Source: Candidatus Aenigmatarchaeota archaeon (lineage in GTDB: Archaea > Aenigmatarchaeota > Aenigmatarchaeia > QMZP01 > QMZT01). Taken from it: 58,371 nucleotides of DNA. The translations under genes were made by a program, and so were the position numbers. Below, piece by piece: positions 38,755 to 48,800 of this stretch. The DNA is taken from contig JAZDFI010000030.1 of NCBI GenBank assembly GCA_043808015.1, forward strand, positions 1 through 58,371, given 5' to 3'. The number at the start of each line of letters is the position of its first letter. Position 1 is the first letter of the stretch. The notes under the pieces are model-generated. The model was not told the DNA's origin. It searched no databases and saw only the letters and a program-made list of their open reading frames with translations.

Positions 38755-39771
38755 ATGCCAGCACATGTGGAAGAGATGCTCGAGGCGATGCAAAAGCCCG
38801 GCACGTATGACGAGCGAGTCGACGCGATCAGCATGGTGCAGACGCACATATCATGGGTTTTTCTCATTGGCAAGTTCGCATACAAGATAAAGAAGCCGGT
38901 CAACTTCGGCTTCCTCGATTTCACCACGCTAGATAATCGCAAGAAGTTCTGCGACCTGGAGATGCGCATAAACAGCATGTTCTCGCCTGATATTTATCTC
39001 GGCGTCGTGCCTCTCAAAAAGTCCGGTAACAATCTTAAGTTTTCAGGCATCGGTGAAACGATAGAATACGCCATAAAGATGCGCCAGCTGCCGCAGGAGG
39101 GACTGATGAACAGGCTCCTCGACCAGAACGAGATAAAAACCGATATCATAGACAAGATAGTAGCCAAGCTCGCGGATTTTTATTCCAAGACGCAGACATA
39201 CACAAAAAAAGACGCCATCGGTTCGCTCGATACGGTCGCGTTCAACTGGAAGGAGAATTTCGACCAGACGCTCCCGTTCGTCGGCAAGACGCTCAGTCAG
39301 GAAACCTTCGACTCCATAAAGCAAAAAGTCGAAGCCTTCATGGCGGACAATGAGCGGCTTTTCGCGCACAGGGTGCGCAACGGCAACGTCAAGTGGTGCC
39401 ATGGCGATTTGCACTCGGGCAACATTTTCGTCATCAATGGCGACGTGTACATATTCGACGCCATCGAGTTCAACGAGCGCTTCGCCTGCTCCGACGTGGC
39501 CAGCGATATAGCGTTTCTCTGCATGGACCTGGATTTCCGCCACAGGTCATACCTGTCGGATTATTTCGTCAAAAAATACATCGAGGAAAGCGGCGACAGC
39601 GAAATGCTGCGTTTGCTTGATTTCTACAAGTGCTACCGCGCGTACGTCCGCGGGAAGGTCATCGGCTTCCGTCTCAACGACCCTCACATACCGGAAAAAG
39701 AAAAGCAGGAAGCAGCCGGCACAGCGAGGCTGTACTTCCAGCTGGCTCTGCAATACGCGAAGAATTTCTGA
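38755..39771 (+). CDS. aminoglycoside-phosphotransferase-like kinase (COG2187 type), without the usual C-terminal P-loop kinase domain
   Basis: QTHISWVFL, YKIKKPV.FGFLDF, CHGDLHSGNI, FDAIEFNERF, YKCYRAYVRGKV. Confidence 0.85.
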   Translation: MPAHVEEMLEAMQKPGTYDERVDAISMVQTHISWVFLIGKFAYKIKKPVNFGFLDFTTLDNRKKFCDLEMRINSMFSPDIYLGVVPLKKSGNNLKFSGIGETIEYAIKMRQLPQEGLMNRLLDQNEIKTDIIDKIVAKLADFYSKTQTYTKKDAIGSLDTVAFNWKENFDQTLPFVGKTLSQETFDSIKQKVEAFMADNERLFAHRVRNGNVKWCHGDLHSGNIFVINGDVYIFDAIEFNERFACSDVASDIAFLCMDLDFRHRSYLSDYFVKKYIEESGDSEMLRLLDFYKCYRAYVRGKVIGFRLNDPHIPEKEKQEAAGTARLYFQLALQYAKNF

Positions 39772-39793
39772 AAATTAATTTTAAAAGAAAAGA

Positions 39794-39970
39794 TAGCGGG
39801 GGATGGAACTTCAGAAGGAAACAGATTTTCTATTTCTTTCTTTTGAACCATCGACCTCTGGGTGTCCCACTGGAACTAGTTCCAGCGATTCTAGAGCCGC
39901 TATGGGCCCAGCGAGCACTCCAGGCGTTGAGAGCAACCGAATAATTCGATATGCTTTGCTCCACCCCGCT
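39794..39970 (-). tRNA. initiator tRNA-Met(CAT) with three introns: 14/15 (39926-39956), 37/38 (39864-39900), 59/60 (39808-39841)
   Basis: Removing the three segments at BHB-type bulges (CA|A..AC|G, TA|G..AC|A, AA|A..GT|T) gives a 75-nt AGCGGGGTGGAGCAGCCTGGAGTGCTCGCTGGGCCCATAACCCAGAGGTCGATGGTTCAAATCCATCCCCCGCTA, with A1-U72 and three G-C pairs in the anticodon stem. Confidence 0.92.
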
Positions 39971-40520
39971 ATTGTTTGGCTTTAATTGAATTATTACTTG
40001 TCTTTATAAATTTAAATGAAATGTAAAGAGCGTAAGATGGGAGTTTATCTTTTTTTGATTTCACTCTTTTAGCCAAAGTAGAATCGAGATCGAAATTTTT
40101 TAATAAAGATTTTATCTTCTCAAGAAGCTTTTTGTCTGTATTGATTATTTGAATATAACTTTTTTTCCAACTTACGTAACCATCAGAATCTATAAGACCA
40201 GAAATCACTCCCATATTAAAATTTTTATTTTTTGTGAATCTGAAACTGGAAATATACGAAAACAATTCTTTTGATCTGACTCTTATCTTATTACAATTAT
40301 ATCTTTTATCTTTTGTCACCGTTGGGGCTAAATTTATTTTTTCAAGAATTTTAATTAGGTATTTTTGTATTTCTCTATCTTTCACGGAGTTTAGATAAAA
40401 TTCTACATCGTAATGTCTGTTTTTAATATCGTGATAGATATACCCATCACCTAAAAATAAACCTATCAAATAACCCGTATCTTTGTCACTTAATTTTGAA
40501 AATATTTCTCCACTCCGCAT
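39969..40520 (-). CDS. free-standing double-motif LAGLIDADG homing endonuclease
   Basis: YLIGLFLGDGYI and VISGLIDSDGYV motifs; very AT-rich; stop codon TAG overlaps nt 1-2 of tRNA-iMet. Confidence 0.85.
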   Translation of the reverse strand: MRSGEIFSKLSDKDTGYLIGLFLGDGYIYHDIKNRHYDVEFYLNSVKDREIQKYLIKILEKINLAPTVTKDKRYNCNKIRVRSKELFSYISSFRFTKNKNFNMGVISGLIDSDGYVSWKKSYIQIINTDKKLLEKIKSLLKNFDLDSTLAKRVKSKKDKLPSYALYISFKFIKTSNNSIKAKQ

Positions 40521-40541
40521 AATTACTATATCTATCTAAAA

Positions 40542-40549
40542 TATTTAAA
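40542..40549 (-). promoter_or_regulatory. TATA box for a leaderless LAGLIDADG transcript
   Basis: TTTAAATA with 21 nt between it and the ATG at 40520. Confidence 0.5.
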
Positions 40550-40591
40550 TATTTCTCCACCCCGCTGTGCTATAATGTATGAAGAATAATG

Positions 40592-40608
40592 TTTATAAAT
40601 AACTTTTA
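40592..40608 (-). promoter_or_regulatory. BRE/TATA positioned for the orphan 12-nt tRNA 5' fragment (probable original tRNA-iMet promoter)
   Basis: AAAAGTTA-TTTATAAA on the minus strand, 25 nt upstream of AGCGGGG at 40566. Confidence 0.5.
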
Positions 40609-40625
40609 CGAGCGCGGCTGAAGGT

Positions 40626-41165
40626 TTACTTTTTCCTGGCGGGCTTTTCCTTATCCTCTTTTTTGCATTCCGCAGCCTTGTGTTTGTGACCAGCGAAGCG
40701 GTCATAGAAAATGCCCAGTATGTATCCATACGCCACGAAGAATGCCGCGCTGATGGGTGCGAGCAGGATGAAGCGCGTCTGCACCATGAACAGGCCGCCT
40801 ATGAAGCCGGGGTATGCAAGCTCGCCCAGTATTATGCCGACAAGCAGCAGCAGGCAGAGGAAAATTCCCTTCCTCTTCGAACTACTGCCCATAAGGCTTT
40901 CGTACATGAGGGCGAATATGAATGTCATTATTATACCCGCTATGATGCCGCCGACTATCGAGCCCGGTATGGCGGCCATCATGCCTATGTCGGCAAGCTG
41001 GTCCATGGTCATGGGTATGTTTGTGCTGGATGGTATCGATGCCCGGATAATCGCCTTTATCTCTTCCCTGTAGAAAACGTACGAGAGAACGCTGGTTATG
41101 CCCTGCATCACACCATAGATGATGCCTGAAACCAGACCGGTCTTAAGCACCCTGGAAAAGTCCAT
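40626..41165 (-). CDS. hypothetical four-TM membrane protein
   Basis: Hydrophobic Gly-rich helices and a basic tail. Confidence 0.7.
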   Translation of the reverse strand: MDFSRVLKTGLVSGIIYGVMQGITSVLSYVFYREEIKAIIRASIPSSTNIPMTMDQLADIGMMAAIPGSIVGGIIAGIIMTFIFALMYESLMGSSSKRKGIFLCLLLLVGIILGELAYPGFIGGLFMVQTRFILLAPISAAFFVAYGYILGIFYDRFAGHKHKAAECKKEDKEKPARKK

Positions 41166-41217
41166 GAATATACATGGTCTTGCGTGTTTTTATTGGTTCA
41201 TACCCCATAAAATAAAT

Positions 41218-41394
41218 ATGAGCAAAAAAGGCATCATGCCGAAATGGACCACGGCCATGCTTGGCTTCCTGCTTTTGGTCATCGGGATTTACCTTGCAAT
41301 AACTTTCTTCGCGGCACCAGCATTCTTCTGGACAGGCGTGATTCTGGTAATAATAGGCATAGTGATGATATTCATCACTGCGGTTCTACCCTAG
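41218..41394 (+). CDS. small two-TM membrane protein
   Basis: MSKKGIMPKWTTAMLGFLLLVIG...; ATG at 41218. Confidence 0.55.
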   Translation: MSKKGIMPKWTTAMLGFLLLVIGIYLAITFFAAPAFFWTGVILVIIGIVMIFITAVLP

Positions 41395-41397
41395 CGT

Positions 41398-42147
41398 TTA
41401 CTCTTCCACGCGCGGCGCCAGGATGAAGGACAGGTGTATCTTGTCTATGTCCTTGAACACCATCTTCAGCGGGTAGTCGTTAGAGAATTCGAGAAGGACC
41501 TTGTCCGCGAACTTCGACGCCTTTATCATCTTCTTCAGGTACTCGATGGGGTAGCGGGATTTCAGCGCCTCCGGAATCTCGATTTTATCGAGGCCGTGCT
41601 CGCCCCTCTTGAGTTCCATCTGTGACGAGTTCACGTCACCCTTTGCCCATATTTTGAAGGAGTGCGGCTCACCTTCAAACACAATCGAGTCGTCGACTAT
41701 GTCCGCGTCCGTTATGCCTTCTTCAAGGACGTTAGAATCAAGTTCTATCCTGGCCTTGAATTTGAGCTGATCGAGAGGGGGCTTCTCTGCTGTGATGTTG
41801 AGCAGGGGAATTTCGAATTTCCTCGTGCCTTTGCCTTTCATGACGATCTCCAGGTTGTTGGAGTCGTCGTTCTTTGAAAGAGTGACCTTATCGCCGGATT
41901 TTATTCTCTTTATGACGGCCACGAGGTTCGCCAGGTTGAGGCCGAGAAGATTTTCGCCCGTCACCTTGAAATCCTCGAACGCCGTAGAGAGCAGCTGGAA
42001 ATCGACAAGCGCTATCATGCTCCTGTCAGGCGAGACCAGCGACAGCCCCTTCGCGTCGACCTTGAATACGCCTTCGTCAATTATCTCCGATATTATCGGT
42101 ATGGAATTCTTAATCAGATCCGCATTACCCAAAGTTATCTTGAACAT
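41398..42147 (-). CDS. pcn: DNA polymerase sliding clamp PCNA
   Basis: ISEIIDEG.F, D.SMIALV, YLKKM.KA, F.NDYPL, FILAPRVE; GGAGGTG SD. Confidence 0.96.
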   Translation of the reverse strand: MFKITLGNADLIKNSIPIISEIIDEGVFKVDAKGLSLVSPDRSMIALVDFQLLSTAFEDFKVTGENLLGLNLANLVAVIKRIKSGDKVTLSKNDDSNNLEIVMKGKGTRKFEIPLLNITAEKPPLDQLKFKARIELDSNVLEEGITDADIVDDSIVFEGEPHSFKIWAKGDVNSSQMELKRGEHGLDKIEIPEALKSRYPIEYLKKMIKASKFADKVLLEFSNDYPLKMVFKDIDKIHLSFILAPRVEE

Positions 42148-42213
42148 ATCACGCACCTCCACTCAAAGACGGTTTCAATATAAACTCTAAACTCAACTAG
42201 TCAGCCAAGTTTT

Positions 42214-42549
42214 TTATAGGCCTTTTTCCAGTTCCACGGCCTTTTTGTAGAGGCTGACATCGACGTTTCCCATATCCTGCAGGATCTCTCCCTCAATTTC
42301 ATACCCGTCCTCTGCGGGCATGACCTTGCCGAATATCCTCACGGTCCTGCCGGGCTTCGCTTCCACGGGGTCTCTGAAGTTCACGCTTATCTTGCCCGTG
42401 CCGTCGTCTAGGATGACGAGATTGTCGCTGTTGTGTATCACGGTGCCGAAAAGCCTGACACGCATGTCTTCCTTGGTTATCTCGGATATTTTTTTTTCGT
42501 GTGCGGCGAGCCTTCTCGGCGCGGCAAAACCCTCAAGACCTTCTGGCAT
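42214..42549 (-). CDS. single OB-fold protein, RPA small subunit-like
   Basis: KKISEI...D.RVRLFGTV, ILDDGTGKI.V, VRIFGKV, EI.QDM; co-oriented with PCNA. Confidence 0.75.
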   Translation of the reverse strand: MPEGLEGFAAPRRLAAHEKKISEITKEDMRVRLFGTVIHNSDNLVILDDGTGKISVNFRDPVEAKPGRTVRIFGKVMPAEDGYEIEGEILQDMGNVDVSLYKKAVELEKGL

Positions 42550-42605
42550 TATTTCAATTTAAAAACAAAATTTATAAGCTTAACTTCATCTCGTCGCTAG
42601 CGGCG

Positions 42606-43955
42606 TCAAACAGGTATTACGTCTTCTTTGGCCTTGCACTTTCCCGGGTCTTCATAATAGTTGAAAATGTAAGTCAGCTTCTGTCCAAATACGCCAGGGT
42701 CTATTTCCACGGCATAGCTGCCTTCCGGCGGCTTTCCCTGACCGCAAAGGAAATTGCTTATGGTGTATGATTCAAAATACTCACCGTAAACTTCTATGGT
42801 GTTTTCGCAAAACTTCTGCGAGCCGGGGCCCCTGATTGTAATGTTATCAATTCCGAACCTGGAAAGGCCGTTATAATATATATCTATGGTCGTCTGGTTG
42901 CCGCATACGTTTGCGCCGTCGATGAAAAGGCGGTCATTGACATAGAACCTGAGCTCTGCCCTCCCAGGGGAACTGGACGGATTAACAAACGCCTTCGTCT
43001 CTTCCAGCTTTTTCCAGCAGTTCTTGAAGTCGCGCTTTTCCAGGCAGTCTATTATCTTTACTTTTTTCATGACGAAAAAATTCGGGTTCAGGACCTGATC
43101 CATTTCGTTTCCTATTTTGACGCAGCTGCTTTCCACGTCATTATTTAGATTCTCGAATATCTCACCGCCGATGTAACCCTCGTTAAGGTTGAATATTATC
43201 TGGTTTATGTACGCGCCCGTCATCATTCCATGCGTTATGAAGTTGTTCAGTGCAGTCGCTAGGAATGCATCACCGTTCTCTGCGTATGCTGATGCCAGCA
43301 GGCTCGAATTGGTCAGAAGCCCGGTAGCTTTGCCAGCGGGACTGCTTGTCTGCATAATAGCGCCGCCGAGCTTATAGAACTCGCTTTCGTATGAGTCAAG
43401 CTCGCTCTCAAAGCCGGTTCCGAGATAAGAGCATACGCCCAGATTAAAGGCAGACTCCTTGTCAAAGTTCTTTACCTGAACGAAGTCGGATGCCAGCTTT
43501 TTCTTCTGGTTTGCAATGCTCAGCGCGTTGTTCTCAAAGACGGGTGTTATCATGATTTTGCCGTCGTATTTGTCGCTGCCTACGGACTGGTTTGAAAACT
43601 TCCTGTAAAAATACAGGTTCAGGTCGCATTCGAGCGGATTGGCGCTCTGCAGCTTTACCAGAGGGTCTATAATGAAGTAGCACGTGTGAAGGTTCTCGTC
43701 GCGCGTGCAAACATCGTTGTACGTTTTTATTTCTGCCTTGCCGCATGAAAGCTCAAGGTCGGCTTCGATCTCGTTTGCCTCGCTCCTCACTGTGACGTAG
43801 AACTGGTTATTCACCATCTGGCATTCGGGCGCCGTGTTTATTATCTGGCACGCGAAACTGGTCTTGGAAACTTCTATGATCTTGAAATCTTCCGCCATAG
43901 CGCTGGCGCTGAACAACAACACGAACATTGCCACCATTAAGATTATCTTTTTCAT
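42606..43955 (-). CDS. hypothetical secreted protein
   Basis: Sec signal MKKIILMVAMFVLLFSASAMA; paired cysteines; directly downstream of the class III signal protein. Confidence 0.7.
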   Translation of the reverse strand: MKKIILMVAMFVLLFSASAMAEDFKIIEVSKTSFACQIINTAPECQMVNNQFYVTVRSEANEIEADLELSCGKAEIKTYNDVCTRDENLHTCYFIIDPLVKLQSANPLECDLNLYFYRKFSNQSVGSDKYDGKIMITPVFENNALSIANQKKKLASDFVQVKNFDKESAFNLGVCSYLGTGFESELDSYESEFYKLGGAIMQTSSPAGKATGLLTNSSLLASAYAENGDAFLATALNNFITHGMMTGAYINQIIFNLNEGYIGGEIFENLNNDVESSCVKIGNEMDQVLNPNFFVMKKVKIIDCLEKRDFKNCWKKLEETKAFVNPSSSPGRAELRFYVNDRLFIDGANVCGNQTTIDIYYNGLSRFGIDNITIRGPGSQKFCENTIEVYGEYFESYTISNFLCGQGKPPEGSYAVEIDPGVFGQKLTYIFNYYEDPGKCKAKEDVIPV

Positions 43956-43956
43956 G

Positions 43957-45786
43957 TCATACACACGGAACTGTTACACTCTGCGCCTGTTCGCTCACTA
44001 TATCCATGCCGCATTTCTGCAGGGCGGCCTCCAGCTTGTATATATCTCCGGGGCTTAGCGACGTGAGCTGGCCCTCCACTATTGGCACATACACATACAA
44101 TTCCTTCTCGCCGCCGGACATGTAGCTGCCGTCGGCGTATCCCGCAGCATTGCCGTTGCCCGTGTCTGTCGCCGCGATGAAAATATCAAAAACCTCTGAT
44201 CTCAGGGTTGCGTTCGAAAATCCATTGAAGCCGTTCGCGCCGATGTTGTAAAGCATTATGCTTTCGCCGTTGCCCTGCTTGATGTAAGCAAGCACGAAAT
44301 ACTTTTTGGAAAATAAATCAATTGATTTGGGCTGGCCCGTGACAGTATAGTCCTTGTAGCTGCCTCCACTCATAAGCTCCCCGGGTTTCATGGGCACGCC
44401 ATAGAAGTGAACCGTTATTTCACCGGCACCCTTATCCAAAACAGCAGCGTAATCCCTGAGATCGGAAGACTTTACCAGTTTTTTGTATTCCATGTAGCCT
44501 TCCTTTTGAGCTGCCATTTCACCTATCATGCAGGGCACTTTTGAACTGACAAAACCCAGGCTGTTCGTTTCGCCCAGCGTGCAGCCGCCGAAAGTCACGA
44601 GCGCGCCGTTAATCCCCATGCCTTTACCATCTTTTATCTGGACGTGCGCTTCGCAGGCGCTTTCTGCAGTGCATCTCTCAAAATATGCGTTTTCGCCAGG
44701 TGACGAAAAACCGCAGCCCGGCTTGTTGTCGTTTATGCTGACCATAATGGCGAAAGTGAAAAGCTGGCCGAGGGCTTCGTCTTTTATGGCGACGACTGCC
44801 GGATAACGCATCGAATATCTGACGTTCATGGTCTCTATGCATTCCGACGAGAAATCCAGTATATGCCGCGGGTAGAATGCCGCCGGGCTGGGATTGACCG
44901 TGAGCTTTGATGCAAGGTTCCAGCCGTCCGGGTATACGAAGGCGACGTCCATCGGCACGTCAGAAATGCCCATTACGTAAAACGGGTTCCCGTTCAGGTT
45001 CATGACATCCCTGTTGAATACCGTGTGGCTCGTGGTGTACTTTACAATTTCCTCCATGGAGCTGGTTATCTCGCTATCTGTTTTGAAAAAAGCACCGGAA
45101 CATCCGGTTTTCAGGTCAGCGGTGGGCAGCCACATATTCTCGGGATTCGAATGAAGCAGCGTGTTTATGGTCGCTGTCTCAAGGAATTGCGATGCATTGT
45201 TCTGGCTTACTATCTGCTGTGCGGTTGCCATTATGTTTTTGAGCGCAGTCTGCATGAAAATGCTGTATGGCTGGGGAATGGCCGAATTCTCCACGGACGT
45301 CGGCATGGCAACGTCAATCTTTATGCCGTTGCCCTGAAGGCTCACAGTAACGTCAATCTTTTTGACGTCAAAGCGCGCGGTCTTGCCTGCAAAATCCATC
45401 TCGGATTTGAAGGTTTCCTTGAGCTTTTTTTCAAGTCGCGTTTCGAGAGTTTTCTCCACGTTTGGGATCGCGATGTCGCCGCAGTCATACCATACTCCCA
45501 CATCTCTCGCGCCGTATTTCACGGTGTAACCGGTCGTGTTCAGGACCCCGCCGCTTTTGTAAATTTCGAGCAGTTCGTCTCTTGCGTATGCCCTGATGGC
45601 GTTAGTGACGGAATCGCTCACGGTTTTCTTTTCCTGTTCGAGTCCCGTGACTGCTGGATTGGCCTCCGGGATCACGGCAGAGCGCGAGGCAACGACCACC
45701 ACGACTATGCCAATCAGAACGAGCGCGATTATGACTATGAACTCGACCTGTGCCTTCATGGTTTTTTTCTTCATAATCCAATACAT
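43957..45786 (-). CDS. large protein with class III (prepilin-type) signal peptide
   Basis: MKKKTMKAQ-VEFIVIIALVLIGIVVVVV matches the archaeal K-[G/A]-Q..E hydrophobic pattern; carboxypeptidase-regulatory-like segment (V.IKD.KG..I.GA.V.FG). Confidence 0.7.
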   Translation of the reverse strand: MYWIMKKKTMKAQVEFIVIIALVLIGIVVVVVASRSAVIPEANPAVTGLEQEKKTVSDSVTNAIRAYARDELLEIYKSGGVLNTTGYTVKYGARDVGVWYDCGDIAIPNVEKTLETRLEKKLKETFKSEMDFAGKTARFDVKKIDVTVSLQGNGIKIDVAMPTSVENSAIPQPYSIFMQTALKNIMATAQQIVSQNNASQFLETATINTLLHSNPENMWLPTADLKTGCSGAFFKTDSEITSSMEEIVKYTTSHTVFNRDVMNLNGNPFYVMGISDVPMDVAFVYPDGWNLASKLTVNPSPAAFYPRHILDFSSECIETMNVRYSMRYPAVVAIKDEALGQLFTFAIMVSINDNKPGCGFSSPGENAYFERCTAESACEAHVQIKDGKGMGINGALVTFGGCTLGETNSLGFVSSKVPCMIGEMAAQKEGYMEYKKLVKSSDLRDYAAVLDKGAGEITVHFYGVPMKPGELMSGGSYKDYTVTGQPKSIDLFSKKYFVLAYIKQGNGESIMLYNIGANGFNGFSNATLRSEVFDIFIAATDTGNGNAAGYADGSYMSGGEKELYVYVPIVEGQLTSLSPGDIYKLEAALQKCGMDIVSEQAQSVTVPCV

Positions 45787-45814
45787 TTATAGTTTGCCTT
45801 GTTAAGTAATTAAT

Positions 45815-48800
45815 ATGAAATCGGGATTCTTCGTCTTAGTTTTATCTGTCATCTTCATTTCCTCTTTTTTGTCCGTTTCTGTTCACGCTGACAGAACAAG
45901 AAACATAATAGACGATTTGAATACCGGGCTGACTTCGACCAATGCCGAAGCGCTGATATCGGATGCCGAAAACCAAATCGGCGTCAAGATAAAGGTTTAT
46001 ATCGCGGGCGCGGGCGAACACATGACTTACAAAGAATTTACCGATGCCGGCAGAGAGCTTTTTTACGATACCTACAATCTTGATGAGGAGGGACTCCCCG
46101 CGTACAACGTTCTTATATATGCGGTCGTTGTTGAAGGAAAACAGACCGTGGGCTATTTCCACAACGGGAAGTGTGAGAGTTTTGATTATTTCCTCAACAA
46201 CGAAATATATGATCCTGAAGGCGCATCTTTGGACGATGGCACAATTGTGGAAAAAATACAGCGGATAATCGATTTCATAAAAAAGGCCAAAAGCCAATAC
46301 GGGCCGGAATGCGCTGCCAAGACCGTGAAAGGCGAGACTGACATCATCATAGGCACGTTCGTCTACCTTATAGATGACACTGATTGGAAAAACGTCCTCA
46401 GCCTGATACCTCTCACAACCTGGCACGACGTTCCTAATGCAATGCTGTCATTGTCAGACGAAGAAAAGATGAAGGAAAGGAAAAACCACATAAAATATAA
46501 ACCAACATTAGTGTATCACAGGGAAGGCGAAAACCTAGACTTGGAGTCGATCAACCTTTTCCTGCAGCAATTCGGAAAAGCCACTAAGATTATCGCCGTT
46601 TATGGCGATACAGTGCCTAAAAAACTGTCAGGCGTCGCCAATGACAAACTGTCGGTCGAAGATTATAAAACGGAATGGAAGAAGTGGGGTTACGAATACC
46701 TGGTTTTGTCCGAGGATAATTACAAGACAGGCCTGATGGCAAGCGTTTTTGCCTCATACCTGCACGCTCCATTGATATTCTCGTCTTCTGAGCTGAAGGA
46801 TTACCCGGATGCCAAAGAAATATATTGCATAGGCAATGTACAAAACGATAAGTGCAAAAAGAATTTCACCCTGGGAGAACTTCAAAAGTACTACAGCGGA
46901 ATAACAGGAACCGACAAGAACATGCTCGTTAACCCCAATGACATATACGACAAAAACTGCGAAAACTTCATATATTACCGAGAAACCGGAAAGCTGACGA
47001 AAGCGTATTGCAAGGACTCGCTCGTCGCCCCGATACTGGCCAGCGTGAAGAACGAGCTTATCATCTTCACCGATGCCGAGCCACTAAGCGAGGGCCTGAG
47101 ATTTACGAATCCTGAATATTCCGAAGGCTTCTATGTCGAGCAACCAGATTCGAACAACTACGATGACATTTACTTCTATTTTTTCTATAAGAACAATATT
47201 GAGAAAGTTAACTTCGGCAAAAAGACAAAGGAAATACTGGAATACGGCTTGCAAAAATACCCCACGACCAGTTTTGAAAAGAAAGAATATTATAGAAATT
47301 TATTCGAAAACAATAAGCTTAAGCAAACTCCGTCGATAAAGGACATTTTCCTTGACGAAAAAACCGAAACTGTCTATGTTTTGTATAAAAACGGAGCCAT
47401 AGAGCTAATCAAAAACATAAAAACCGACCCTAATACGGAATCATTTTCAAGTTCAATAAAATTGTTTAATTCCAGGCACACTTGTTATGGAATTTATAAT
47501 GATTTGTCAATGCAGGGAATAAATGAGGAGAAGTCGAGTTTTGAAGCGGAATTGGAAGATAAACATGTTTCAGTCATTTTAGACATGACAAAGCAAACCG
47601 ATATGCTGCTGAACAACTATCTTACCATAATTGCTTCTCCCAGGGCAATACCTAACAGCGGATATTCATATTGCATAGTGAACTCATTGAAAGGCGAGTT
47701 TGTGGATTTCAGATATACCTTCGACATTCAATACTCCCAAGGCAAGGCCGTTGGAAGGATATTCGGCATAACGGTTTCAGACACGTCCAGCTACATAAAC
47801 AGGGTAATAGTTTTCTCAAAAAACGGCTATTCATACGTTACACAAAAAGGGGAAACGAAATCGTTCACAAACATCGGCCTGCTCGCGGCTTATAATCCTA
47901 CCTATCAGGGCTACATAAACCAGCTGGAAGAGCAATTGACCGATAACGACTATGAAACATCGTGTTTTGTGAGCAATCCGGGGCTTGCGGAAAACGGCTG
48001 CGAAGAGACGCAAACTTTCACAGACACAATGAAAAAAGACCTGTTCCAGAATAATGACATAATAATATACGACGACCACGGGGACGTATTTTCTTGGGTT
48101 TATCCAGGAATCACTAAAACTGATTTAGAAAAGTACAACATCAGCTCAGCAATTGTCATCGCAGCCACATGCTCCGGCCTGGATTATTACTCATCATTAG
48201 GTTATGATTTACTGGCTTCCAATTTCATAAAAAACGGCGGCCTGGGCTATTACGGATCCGTGAGCGCAACGCTGTGGAGCTATATTTCAAGAGAAGTGTC
48301 GACAAGAATCCTGGCAACGAACCTGGGCGAGGACAAGATACTGAGCGTCAGAACCGGCCTTCAGGGATATGACTTGGGCAACGCTTTGTCGTCTGCCCTC
48401 AGGGACGCAGATATAAAAACAACTTTCGATATCAAAAAAGTCGACCCCAACTATGCACTTCTCGGCGACCCGACCATTCTTCTGGCACTGCCTCAAAAAA
48501 TCGACCTGGCGTTCCAGGAGCAGCAGAAAGCCCAGAGGGAATATTATTGCGGAGTAAACGGGTGCGAGAGAACAGCAAAATGTGTATATTTAAACGAAGC
48601 GGAAGGAGCAACAACGTGCAAAAAAGAATACTGCAATGAATGCAATTCAAAAAGCACGAATGCTGAGATTAAAAAATGCTGCGATAGCGGCAGGATTGAC
48701 AAAAATATGGATTGCTGCTTTGTTGATGAGGGGATAGATGCCGTAAAGGCCAAAAAAGATGCTGAAAAAGCCAAATGCATCACCATCCAGAACGCCGAAT

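Larger units (their letters stand above)
39959..40566 (-). mobile_element. LAGLIDADG cassette bounded by 12-bp direct repeats of the tRNA-iMet 5' end
   Basis: AGCGGGGTGGAG (minus strand) at 39959-39970 and 40555-40566; a 19-nt near-duplicate at 40500-40518 vs 40547-40565. Confidence 0.65.

Noticed and set aside
39959-40566. LAGLIDADG ORF as part of one giant fourth tRNA intron with the orphan 12-mer as 5' exon
   Set aside because: The two ends are direct repeats (GTGG-AG at both), not complementary, so no BHB central helix can form; the downstream tRNA is already complete
40555-40566. Orphan tRNA 5' fragment as a split (trans-spliced) tRNA half
   Set aside because: Only 12 nt, with no GC-rich complementary leader/trailer, and a full gene lies 585 nt downstream
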